Shown: positions 38,688 to 47,152 of the stretch, piece after piece
Numbering within the stretch: the first letter of the stretch is position 1
Layout: each line of letters starts with the position of its first letter
Assembly (NCBI GenBank): GCA_044377005.1
Contig: JBILJV010000003.1
Coordinates: 9,778-73,777 of the forward strand
DNA: 64,000 nt
From: Bacteroidia bacterium
GTDB taxonomy: Bacteria > Bacteroidota > Bacteroidia > NS11-12g > UBA955
Reading direction: 5' to 3'
Made by a program: the position numbers and the translations under genes
The notes under the pieces: model-generated
Seen by the model: the letters and a program-made list of their open reading frames with translations, nothing else
Told to the model about the DNA's origin: nothing
Databases searched by the model: none

Positions 38688-38809
38688 ACCCAAAATTAGT
38701 TTTCATAAAAGGTGACTTAACACTAAGCCAATTATTATTTCGTTTATTCACTACATTTCTTAGATTAAACTAAATACAATTTAACCTAAAATATCCTGAT
38801 ATTTGCCTT

Positions 38810-39592
38810 ATGCAAAACCACGAAATAGACTACAAAATAATTGGAGAAGAGATGCAATGCGTTGAAATTGAGCTCGACCCACAAGAAACTGCCATTGGTG
38901 AAAGCGGAAGCTTTATGATGATGGACCAAGACATTCAAATGGAAACCATTTTTGGTGATGGAAGTGCCCAACAAAGTGGATTATTGGGAAAATTAGTTTC
39001 GGCAGGTAAGCGTTTATTAACTGGTGAAAGTTTATTTATGACTGCCTACACGAATACTGGTTATGGCAAAAAGAAAGTAACCTTTGCCGCTCCTTACCCC
39101 GGAAAAATCATCCCTATGGATTTGTCTCTTTTACAAGGTAAAATTATTTGTCAAAAAGATGCCTTTTTGTGTGCAGCTAAAGGAGTATCCGTGGGGATTG
39201 AATTTCAAAGAAAATTAGGCACAGGCCTGTTTGGAGGTGAAGGTTTTATTATGCAAAAATTAGAGGGAGATGGTTTGGCTTTTGTTCATGCAGGTGGACA
39301 TGTGATGGAACGTGAACTTAAAGTTGGTGAACTTATTAAAATAGATACCGGTTGTATCGTTGGTTTTGAACAAACCGTCAATTATGACATTCAGTTTGTA
39401 AGAGGTATTAAAAATGTAATGTTTGGTGGCGAAGGTTTATTTTTTGCAACATTGCAGGGCCCTGGGAAAGTATGGGTTCAAAGTTTACCTATAAGTCGTT
39501 TGGCTTCCAGAATCATCAGTTATGGTGGATTTAATAGAAAAGAAGAAGGTTCTATTCTTGGAGGATTAGGAAACCTATTGGACGGAAGATAA
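38810..39592 (+). CDS. AIM24 / TIGR00266-family (DUF124) protein
   Basis: YKIIGEEMQCVEIELDPQETAIGESGSFMMMD...GESLFMTAYTN...QKDAFLCAA...GGEGFIMQKLEGDGLAFVHAGG...FGGEGLFFATLQGPGKVWVQSLP. Confidence 0.75.
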   Translation: MQNHEIDYKIIGEEMQCVEIELDPQETAIGESGSFMMMDQDIQMETIFGDGSAQQSGLLGKLVSAGKRLLTGESLFMTAYTNTGYGKKKVTFAAPYPGKIIPMDLSLLQGKIICQKDAFLCAAKGVSVGIEFQRKLGTGLFGGEGFIMQKLEGDGLAFVHAGGHVMERELKVGELIKIDTGCIVGFEQTVNYDIQFVRGIKNVMFGGEGLFFATLQGPGKVWVQSLPISRLASRIISYGGFNRKEEGSILGGLGNLLDGR

Positions 39593-39712
39593 AACACACT
39601 CTTTTTTCATTTTTACACTTTTTCTAACCCCTTCTTCTCCTCAAAAACTATTTGGGTTTAATAGGTTATTTAGGCAAAAAAAATTAATATTGCGTTAGTA
39701 AATAAAAGCATT

Positions 39713-40336
39713 TTGACAAAAAAAGAAAAGGTTCAATATATCATTCAAACGTTGGAGGAATTGTATCCAGAAACACCTGTCCCTTTAAATCACCACGATG
39801 CTTATACGCTTTTAATTGCAGTATTACTTTCTGCTCAATGTACCGACGAAAGAGTTAATAAAATAACTCCCTTTTTGTTTGCAAAAGCAGACTCCCCTCA
39901 GCAGATGATTACCCTTACTGTTGAACAAATTCGTGAAATTATCAAACCATGTGGATTATCCCCAGCCAAATCTAAAGCTATATTTGAATTAAGTCATTTG
40001 ATATTAAATCTCCACAATGGCGAAGTACCTGACAGTTTCGAAGCTTTAGAAACACTGCCCGGAGTCGGACATAAAACAGCCTCGGTAGTTATGTCTCAGG
40101 CATTTGGCGTTCCCGCTTTTCCAGTAGATACGCACATTCACCGCTTGGCCGAAAGATGGAAACTGAGTAACGGCAAAAATGTAACCCAAACAGAAAAAGA
40201 CTTAAAAAGATTGATTCCAAAAGAATTATGGAACAAAATACATTTACAAATCATATTTTATGGTCGAGAATATTGTCCAGCACGAGGTCATCAGATAGAC
40301 AAGTGTATTATTTGCAACAAACTTAATCAGAAATAA
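39713..40336 (+). CDS. nth: Endonuclease III-family DNA glycosylase/AP lyase (HhH-GPD)
   Basis: LPGVGHKTASVV is the HhH motif with the catalytic Lys, and VDTHIHRL holds the catalytic Asp context. The C-terminal Cys cluster is atypical. The apparent start is TTG. Confidence 0.8.
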   Translation: MTKKEKVQYIIQTLEELYPETPVPLNHHDAYTLLIAVLLSAQCTDERVNKITPFLFAKADSPQQMITLTVEQIREIIKPCGLSPAKSKAIFELSHLILNLHNGEVPDSFEALETLPGVGHKTASVVMSQAFGVPAFPVDTHIHRLAERWKLSNGKNVTQTEKDLKRLIPKELWNKIHLQIIFYGREYCPARGHQIDKCIICNKLNQK

Positions 40337-41007
40337 TGAATGAATGTAATCTCATAGACGAAGGATTAATTGCTTATGAATTGGCTTGGATCAAACAGAA
40401 ACAGCTTTTTAATGAATCTATTACTTTAAAACTAGCAAATAAAAAACCCAAACACCACCTAATAGTATGTGAACATCCTCATGTTTACACCCTTGGCAAA
40501 AGTGCAGAAAAGAAAAACCTCTTACTTAACAACAATCAGTTAAAAGACAAAAACATCGATTTATTTGAGATTGAACGAGGTGGAGATATTACCTATCATG
40601 GTCCCGGACAATTAGTCGTTTATCCCATTTTTGATTTAGAACAATTGGGAATTGGTGTTAAACAATTTGTATTTAACATTGAGCAATGCATCATTAATAC
40701 TCTTAGTTCACAAGGAATTGAAAGTGAACGGATAGATGGAAGAATTGGTATTTGGTTAGGAAAAGAAACCAAAAACGAAAGAAAAATAGCAGCCATAGGC
40801 ATTAAATGCAGTCGACATGTTACTATGCACGGCTTGGCTTTTAATGTGAACACCGATTTGAGTTTATTCAATAATATTATTCCTTGTGGAATTATTGACA
40901 AAGGGGTTACAAGTATCAAAAGTGAACTTGGTCGGGAAATTTCAATATTCGATATAAAAAAGAAAATGATCAAAGAATTTTCAACTATTTTTGAAGTCAT
41001 TATTTAA
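40336..41007 (+). CDS. lipB: Octanoyltransferase (lipoyl(octanoyl) transferase)
   Basis: ERGGDITYHGPGQLVVYPI...KIAAIGIKCSRHVTMHGLAFNV. A TAATG overlap with nth. Confidence 0.9.
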   Translation: MNECNLIDEGLIAYELAWIKQKQLFNESITLKLANKKPKHHLIVCEHPHVYTLGKSAEKKNLLLNNNQLKDKNIDLFEIERGGDITYHGPGQLVVYPIFDLEQLGIGVKQFVFNIEQCIINTLSSQGIESERIDGRIGIWLGKETKNERKIAAIGIKCSRHVTMHGLAFNVNTDLSLFNNIIPCGIIDKGVTSIKSELGREISIFDIKKKMIKEFSTIFEVII

Positions 41008-41065
41008 AATCAATATATTTTATTTATAATTAATATTTAAGCACAACAAACACACCCCATTAAAA

Positions 41066-41671
41066 ATGAAAAAAGGAACGATTATTTTATTATCAGTTTT
41101 AGGTTTTTTTGTATTAATAGCCTTTAACGGATGCAGTACATTTAACACACTTTCAACCAAAGACGAGGCAGTTACAGGACAGTGGCAACAAGTAGAAGTC
41201 GCATACCAAGCTCGTATGGATAAGACTAAAAACTTATTTGAAATTGTAAAAGGTGCAGCTGAATTCGAAAAACAAACATTAACTGAAGTTATCTCAGCAA
41301 GAAGCAAGGCAACATCCATCAATATTGATGCAAGCAATTTAACACCAGAAAAATTGGCTGAATTTCAAAAAGCACAAGATGCATTCGGAACTTCATTAGG
41401 CCGTTTGATGGCAGTAGCAGAACAATACCCTCAATTACAAGCTGTAGGTGCGTTTAGAGATTTCCAAGCCCAATATGAAGGAATGGAAAACAGAATTGCA
41501 ACCGAGCGCAGAAGATTCAATGAATTTGCACAAGACTTTAACACATCAATAAGACGTTTCCCGAGAAATATTTGGGCTGGTATATTTGACTTCAATAGAA
41601 GAGGATATTTTGAATCAACTGAAGGTGCTGAAGTTGCTCCAGACATCAAATCGATGAGAGAAGGTAAATAA
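41066..41671 (+). CDS. lemA: LemA-family protein (lipoprotein-type N-terminus)
   Basis: The overall LemA pattern is WQQVEVAYQARMD...ISARSKA...EQYPQLQA...FRDFQAQYEGMENRIATERRRFNE...FN. Signal peptide with a Cys (AFNGC). Confidence 0.8.
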   Translation: MKKGTIILLSVLGFFVLIAFNGCSTFNTLSTKDEAVTGQWQQVEVAYQARMDKTKNLFEIVKGAAEFEKQTLTEVISARSKATSINIDASNLTPEKLAEFQKAQDAFGTSLGRLMAVAEQYPQLQAVGAFRDFQAQYEGMENRIATERRRFNEFAQDFNTSIRRFPRNIWAGIFDFNRRGYFESTEGAEVAPDIKSMREGK

Positions 41672-41685
41672 ACCTTATTAAGAAG

Positions 41686-42123
41686 ATGAATATCAGGTCA
41701 TTTTTTACGGATGAGCAAAGTAAGCTTATACAACAATCAATTGCAGATGCAGAACGTATGTGCAGCGGGGAAATCCGTGTGCATATAGATAAGTGGTGTA
41801 AAGGTGATGTAATGCAAAGGGCAAAAAACGTATTTGAAAAACTTAAAATGCATGAAACTTCTGAGCGCAATGGGGTATTGATATACATTGCCTTGGGAGA
41901 TAAAAAACTAGCTATTTTAGGAGATAAAGGCATCAATGAGAAAGTACCTGAAGATTTTTGGAATTTGGCTTATAGTAGCATGCGAACATTGTTTGCAGAG
42001 AACAATTACGCTAAAGGTTTGCAAATCGGCATAGGTATGGCTGGTGAGAAACTAAGAACCTATTTCCCTTATCAAAAAGACGATAAGAACGAATTAAGTA
42101 ATGCAATCAGTTATGACGAATAA
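41686..42123 (+). CDS. TPM-domain protein (TLP18.3/Psb32/MOLO-1 phosphatase-like), short form
   Basis: FFTDEQSKLIQQSIADAERMCSGEIRVHID...ERNGVLIYIALGDKKLAILGDKGI. Confidence 0.7.
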   Translation: MNIRSFFTDEQSKLIQQSIADAERMCSGEIRVHIDKWCKGDVMQRAKNVFEKLKMHETSERNGVLIYIALGDKKLAILGDKGINEKVPEDFWNLAYSSMRTLFAENNYAKGLQIGIGMAGEKLRTYFPYQKDDKNELSNAISYDE

Positions 42124-42131
42124 AATTATAT

Positions 42132-42932
42132 ATGCTAGTAAAAAATATTTTTAAGGCTTGTTTTAGCTATACCTTATCTTTATTGATTTTGTTTTTTGTT
42201 TCTCAAACTGTATTTGCCCAGTTTGATGGAATTCCTGATAAGCCTAATCCGCCCCGTTTAATCAATAACCTTTCACAAGAATTTCCTAATTTTTTCTCAG
42301 TAGAAGAAACGGCTATCTTGGAATCTAAGTTAAAAGAATTGTCAAATACTAGTTCCAACCAAATCGTGGTGGTGGTGGTAGACGACTTGAATGACATGGA
42401 GCCATGGGCTTTTGCAACAGAGTTGGGGCAAAAGTGGGGAGTTGGACAAGGGAAGGAAGATAATGGCATTGTAATCTTAATTAAACCCACCAAAAGTGGA
42501 ATTGGCAGGAAAACATTTATAGCTATTGGGTATGGTTTGGAAGGTGCAATACCTGATTTAACGGTAAATAGTATTATAGAGAATGAAATTAATCCCAATT
42601 TAAAAGAAGGAAGAAATTTTGAAGCCATAGACAAAGGCACCAATGTACTAATTGCCTTGGCAAAAGGCGAGTATAACTTCAATACTTATGAGAAATCTTT
42701 AAATAAGCTACCTGATAGTTTTATTTTTATAACAATTTTTATTACCTTAGTACTAATCTTGTTATCCAGAAAAAATAAAGGTAGAGGAATGACCATCGGC
42801 AGCGGCGGTGTATTTATAAGTCCAATGCTTGGTGGTTTTGGTGGTGGATCTGACGGAGGAGGAAGTAGCGATGGTTTTAGCGGATTCGGAGGCGGTGGCT
42901 TCGGTGGTGGTGGTGCAGGTGGAAGTTGGTAA
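42132..42932 (+). CDS. TPM-domain membrane protein (YgcG-like) with a Gly-rich C-terminal tail
   Basis: Signal peptide, then TSSNQIVVVVVDDLN...WGVGQGKEDNGIVILI...IAIGYGLEG, a TM helix (FIFITIFITLVLILL), and the tail GGFGGGSDGGGSSDGFSGFGGGGFGGGGAGGSW. Confidence 0.7.
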   Translation: MLVKNIFKACFSYTLSLLILFFVSQTVFAQFDGIPDKPNPPRLINNLSQEFPNFFSVEETAILESKLKELSNTSSNQIVVVVVDDLNDMEPWAFATELGQKWGVGQGKEDNGIVILIKPTKSGIGRKTFIAIGYGLEGAIPDLTVNSIIENEINPNLKEGRNFEAIDKGTNVLIALAKGEYNFNTYEKSLNKLPDSFIFITIFITLVLILLSRKNKGRGMTIGSGGVFISPMLGGFGGGSDGGGSSDGFSGFGGGGFGGGGAGGSW

Positions 42933-42946
42933 TTAAATAAAGTATT

Positions 42947-43666
42947 ATGTTGGAAAATATAAACTTAAGTCATTTGTTAATTTTAGACATAGAAACTGTG
43001 TCACAAAAACCCGATTACCAAAACTTAGATGAGGAGTGGCAAGAGTTGTGGTCTAAAAAAGTAGGTGCCCTAAATAACCCAGAGATAGATGCTTCTACTA
43101 ATTATGATAGAGCTGCTATTTATGCAGAATTTGGTAAAATTGTATGTATAGGTTTAGGAATTTTTCATTACTCCGAAGGTCAACTTCAATTAAGGGTTAA
43201 GTCGATTCACAACGATAATGAAAAAATAATTTTAGAAGAGTTTTCCGAACTTTTAATCAAACACTATGCTTCAGACCAGCATCAATTGGTAGCCCACAAT
43301 GGCAAAGAGTTTGATTTTCCCTACATCAACCGAAGATTACTTATAAATGGATTGAAAATCCCTAAAATACTCGACTTGTCAGGCAAAAAGCCATGGGAAG
43401 TGAAACATTTAGACACCATGGAGTTATGGAAATTTGGCGATTATAAAAACTATACCTCATTAGCGGTATTGGCTAAATGTTTTGGGATACCTTCTCCCAA
43501 AGATGATATTGACGGAAGTATGGTAGGCCACACCTATTGGCAAAAGAATGATTTAGAAAGGATAGCTATCTATTGTAAAAAAGACATAATAACTACAGCG
43601 CAAATTCTATTGAAATTCAAAAGTTTACCACTTTTGAGTGAAGAAAATATTCAAATTCAGCAATAA
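42947..43666 (+). CDS. Stand-alone RNase H-fold 3'-5' exonuclease (PolB-exonuclease-like)
   Basis: LILDIETV is the ExoI-type D-x-E motif, followed by HNGKEFDFPYI and a YCKKD-type ExoIII-like motif. 239 aa. Confidence 0.55.
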   Translation: MLENINLSHLLILDIETVSQKPDYQNLDEEWQELWSKKVGALNNPEIDASTNYDRAAIYAEFGKIVCIGLGIFHYSEGQLQLRVKSIHNDNEKIILEEFSELLIKHYASDQHQLVAHNGKEFDFPYINRRLLINGLKIPKILDLSGKKPWEVKHLDTMELWKFGDYKNYTSLAVLAKCFGIPSPKDDIDGSMVGHTYWQKNDLERIAIYCKKDIITTAQILLKFKSLPLLSEENIQIQQ

Positions 43667-43727
43667 AAAAGCAACCCTTTTATAAATTTTCAGTCTAAAA
43701 AAATAAAAATTATATTATTTTTGTAAG

Positions 43728-45842
43728 TTGTTTTTAATTAAATCGTTTTTTACCTTAGTTTTATTTTTTTCCGCCATGTTTATATATGGTGCAAGACCCA
43801 CTGTGCACTCATCTAACTTAACTTTTAACAACTTAACGTGCAATTCTGTCATTATTCAATGGACAAGTGGAAACGGTTCAGCTAGAGTTATTATTGCAAA
43901 AGAAGCCTCTACGCCTGATTACGAACCGGTGGATGGCTCACAATACACACCCAATAAAGATTTTGGCAAATCGATAGAATACGGCGTAAAAAACTATATT
44001 ATTTACAATTCGAATGGAACCAACTTTGTAAAAGTAGACAGTCTTAAACCAGGCAAAACCTATTATTTTACGATTGTTGAACATGACAATAATTCCAATA
44101 GTACACTTTATTATACCAATAATCCTCCTACAGTTAGCGTAACTACACATTCTCTAAATCTAAATTTTAATATTACTTATTTTGACAGTTGTCAACAAAA
44201 AAACCTATACGAATTTACCAATACTTCAACTGCAAGTTTTTCAGGCGTAACGTACACTTTTGACTTTGGAAATGGCAATACTTCTTCTAGTAGCCCTGTT
44301 CAAAGAAGCTTCACAAATGCAGGTCTTGTCCCAGTTAGGATATCAGCTAACCCCTCATTAGGTTGCCCTAATTTAGTTTCCAAAAATGTTAGAGTTTACA
44401 ACAAAAAAGTAGCTTTTATTGATTTTAATATATTTGATGACACTGTCCAATGTTTAGAAGGCAATTATTTTGATATTGACCCAACCCCTGTAACTTCTCC
44501 ATTACTAGCCTCCTATCGTTACAATTGGGATTTTGGAGATGGAAAATCTTCTTCATTTAAACGAATGAAAAAAACATATGATGCAAGTGGTCGATATAAA
44601 GTTCAATTGGAGATTTTAACTAATGTTAACCTACAACCAACAGGTTGTCGTGATACTTTAAGATTCGATTTAGTGGTATTACCTAATCCTGCTGGAAGTG
44701 TTATTGTTAATCAAGAAAAACAGTGTTCTACAAACAATAATTTCATCTTTGAAAATCCTGACAATTCGCTCACTTTTTATAAATGGTATTTTAGTACAGG
44801 TGATTCAAGCTCATCAAGAATAATTAGCAAAAGCTTTAACAGTGTCAACAAATTCAAAGTTATACATGTAGCATTTTCTAAAGATGGATGCAAAGGAAAA
44901 GACACTATAGAAGTAGAAGTTTTAAAAAACCTTGATGCAACATTTACAGGCTTAGATACAATCTATTGCAAGAGCAATAACCCCGTAACTTTAAATACAA
45001 CAATGCCAAATGGTGTATTTAGCGGTTACAACATTGTGAACAATACACTTTTACCAAATACACCTGGAACCTATTCTCTTAAATATTTACTAAAAGACCA
45101 ATATTGTGCAGATTCTACTGAAAAGAATTTTAAAATCTCAGACAATCCCCAACCATTTATAGGCAGGGACACAGCAATCTGTTCTACAGGAACCTATTTT
45201 TTAGACGCAAATCACAATGGCACTTATTTATGGAATACAGGAGAAACAAGTAAAACGATAGGCATCAATCAATCTGGAACTTATGGAGTTATTGTTACTG
45301 AAGGTTTGTGCAAAGGTTCTGACTCAATACAATTAATTTTCTCTACAGTTCCTACAGTTAACTTAGGAAGAGATACAATATTGTGCAAAGGAGGTAGTTT
45401 AAAACTAGTAGCTACTAATCCTCGATCTATATACCAATGGAACACAGGTAGCAAAGATAGTTTTGTATACACCTTCAATTCTGGCAAATATAAAGTTACA
45501 GTTAGTAATCCATGTGGAGTAGCTTCAGACTCTATTAATATTTCTGTTCAAGGTGATTATTGCGACTTGTTTATGGCGAGTGCATTTACCCCAGGAAACG
45601 ATTTACTAAATAATGTGTTCATTCCAAGAGGTAGAAATATAACAGTGAAACTCTTTCAAATATACAACCGTTGGGGTGAATTGGTGTTTGAAACCGATCA
45701 AAGTAATGTAGGATGGGATGGTACCTATAATAACAACAATGCAGATATGGGACTCTATATCTGGAAATTATTTTACACAGTTCCAAACGGACCATATGTA
45801 AAAAAGAGCAATGCCTTTGGTCAAGTATTACTCATTAGATAA
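43728..45842 (+). CDS. Secreted FN3 + PKD-repeat protein (704 aa) with a T9SS type-B C-terminal sorting domain
   Basis: Signal peptide, then an FN3-like N-terminus (LTCNSVIIQWTSGNG...PGKTYYFTIVE) and PKD cores (FDFGNGNT, WDFGDGKS). The C-terminus is SAFTPGNDLLNNVFIP...IYNRWGELVFET...GWDGTYNN. The apparent start is TTG. Confidence 0.8.
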   Translation: MFLIKSFFTLVLFFSAMFIYGARPTVHSSNLTFNNLTCNSVIIQWTSGNGSARVIIAKEASTPDYEPVDGSQYTPNKDFGKSIEYGVKNYIIYNSNGTNFVKVDSLKPGKTYYFTIVEHDNNSNSTLYYTNNPPTVSVTTHSLNLNFNITYFDSCQQKNLYEFTNTSTASFSGVTYTFDFGNGNTSSSSPVQRSFTNAGLVPVRISANPSLGCPNLVSKNVRVYNKKVAFIDFNIFDDTVQCLEGNYFDIDPTPVTSPLLASYRYNWDFGDGKSSSFKRMKKTYDASGRYKVQLEILTNVNLQPTGCRDTLRFDLVVLPNPAGSVIVNQEKQCSTNNNFIFENPDNSLTFYKWYFSTGDSSSSRIISKSFNSVNKFKVIHVAFSKDGCKGKDTIEVEVLKNLDATFTGLDTIYCKSNNPVTLNTTMPNGVFSGYNIVNNTLLPNTPGTYSLKYLLKDQYCADSTEKNFKISDNPQPFIGRDTAICSTGTYFLDANHNGTYLWNTGETSKTIGINQSGTYGVIVTEGLCKGSDSIQLIFSTVPTVNLGRDTILCKGGSLKLVATNPRSIYQWNTGSKDSFVYTFNSGKYKVTVSNPCGVASDSINISVQGDYCDLFMASAFTPGNDLLNNVFIPRGRNITVKLFQIYNRWGELVFETDQSNVGWDGTYNNNNADMGLYIWKLFYTVPNGPYVKKSNAFGQVLLIR

Positions 45843-45849
45843 TAAGTAT

Positions 45850-47082
45850 TTAAATTGCTTGACTTAAAATAGTTTTTTCAATTATATCACAACATTCGTG
45901 AACTTGAGCTTCCGTAATAATAAGTGGAGGTGCAAATCTAATAATATGGTCATGAGTTTGTTTTGCTAATAAACCATTTTTTAGCAAATCTAAACAAATA
46001 TGATAAGCAGTTTTGTTTTCACCAAAAGGCTTAATAACCACAGCATTGAGCAGCCCTTTCCCTCTTACAATTTCTACTATTGGAGAGTTTATAGCACTTA
46101 ATCTTGCCCTAAATAGTTCACCCATTTTGTATGCATTTTCAGTCAATTTCTCCTCTTGAATTACTTTTAAAGAAGCAATAGCAACCGCACAAGCCAAAGG
46201 GTTTCCTCCAAAAGTACTTCCATGTTCGCCAGGATTAATGACATCCATTATAGATTTACTAGTCAAAACAGCAGATACAGGCAATACCCCTCCACCCAAA
46301 GCTTTCCCTAAAATCAAAATATCGGGCTTTACTCCTTCATACTCGCAAGCCAACAATTTACCAGTTCGACCTATACCAGTTTGAACTTCATCTGCAATAA
46401 ACAGAACATTGTGTTCTTTACACATCTGATAAGCTTTTGATAAATAACCATCAGAGGGCACCACTACACCAGCTTCACCCTGAATTGGTTCCAACATAAA
46501 TCCTGCAACATTTGGATCTTTTAATGCAATAGCAAGAGCTTCTAAATTATCATAAGGTATAATTTCGAATCCAGGCGTAAATGGACCAAAATTATTAGAA
46601 CTTTTAGGATCAGTGCTTGAACTTACAGCTGCTATCGTTCTACCCCAAAAATTATTTTCTACAAAAATTATTTTTGCTTTATTTGATTCAACTCCTTTGA
46701 CTTCATAAGCCCATTTTCTACAAATTTTTATAGCTGTTTCCCCACCTTCAACTCCTGTATTCATTGGCAACACTTTTTCGTATGAAAAGTAATTACAAAT
46801 AAATTCAGAATATTCAGCCAACAAACTATTATGAAAAGCCCTTGAAGTCAATGTTAAATTTTGGGCTTGACTTGTTAAGGCGTCAATTATGGCAGGATGG
46901 CAATGACCTTGATTAACAGCACTGTATGCAGACAAACAATCATAGTAAGGTTTACCCTCAACATCCCACACCATAATCCCTTTTCCCTTTTGAAGGACTA
47001 CAGGCAAAGGATGATAGTTGTGTGCATTGTAAAGATTTTCCTTTTCAATAAAAAACTGACTGTTTAAAGATGAATGATTCAT
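45850..47082 (-). CDS. rocD: Ornithine aminotransferase (ornithine--oxo-acid transaminase)
   Basis: [44 protein letters not shown]. The start is moved to ATG 47082 because the upstream 16 codons of the track ORF are occupied by a terminator hairpin. Confidence 0.85.
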   Translation of the reverse strand: MNHSSLNSQFFIEKENLYNAHNYHPLPVVLQKGKGIMVWDVEGKPYYDCLSAYSAVNQGHCHPAIIDALTSQAQNLTLTSRAFHNSLLAEYSEFICNYFSYEKVLPMNTGVEGGETAIKICRKWAYEVKGVESNKAKIIFVENNFWGRTIAAVSSSTDPKSSNNFGPFTPGFEIIPYDNLEALAIALKDPNVAGFMLEPIQGEAGVVVPSDGYLSKAYQMCKEHNVLFIADEVQTGIGRTGKLLACEYEGVKPDILILGKALGGGVLPVSAVLTSKSIMDVINPGEHGSTFGGNPLACAVAIASLKVIQEEKLTENAYKMGELFRARLSAINSPIVEIVRGKGLLNAVVIKPFGENKTAYHICLDLLKNGLLAKQTHDHIIRFAPPLIITEAQVHECCDIIEKTILSQAI

Positions 47083-47102
47083 AATACTTATAGAATAAAT
47101 AT

Positions 47103-47126
47103 GCCCTCCAATTTGAATTGGAGGGC
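47103..47126 (-). terminator. Perfect 11-bp-arm palindrome, likely the sucD terminator
   Basis: GCCCTCCAATT-TG-AATTGGAGGGC, 27 nt downstream of the sucD stop. On the minus strand it is followed by the A/T-rich ATATTTATT. Confidence 0.6.
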
Positions 47127-47152
47127 ACAAATTAATTTTTTGTTTATATAAT

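Noticed and set aside
38701-38710. A third TTTCATAAAA box followed by ggtgac at the right edge of the AT-rich island, possibly a remnant third repeat unit
   Set aside because: Only the 10-mer and a few flanking bases match. The same or a near-identical 10-mer also occurs by chance inside mcrB (~1827) and ugd (~24466), so a single occurrence is not significant.
40620-41337. Two antisense ORFs (126 aa and 105 aa) opposite lipB and lemA
   Set aside because: Both lie inside confidently identified sense genes, with no motifs. They are shadow ORFs.
42203-42682. A 159 aa ORF antisense to the TPM-domain gene
   Set aside because: It lies entirely inside a well-supported sense gene. Its composition is low-complexity and unlike real proteins, and it has no motif. 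This is a typical shadow ORF.
42781-42932. A GGT/GGC-rich tract resembling a microsatellite or phase-variation site
   Set aside because: It is imperfect and in frame, and it encodes the Gly-rich tail of the TPM protein. There is no pure repeat long enough for slipped-strand switching.
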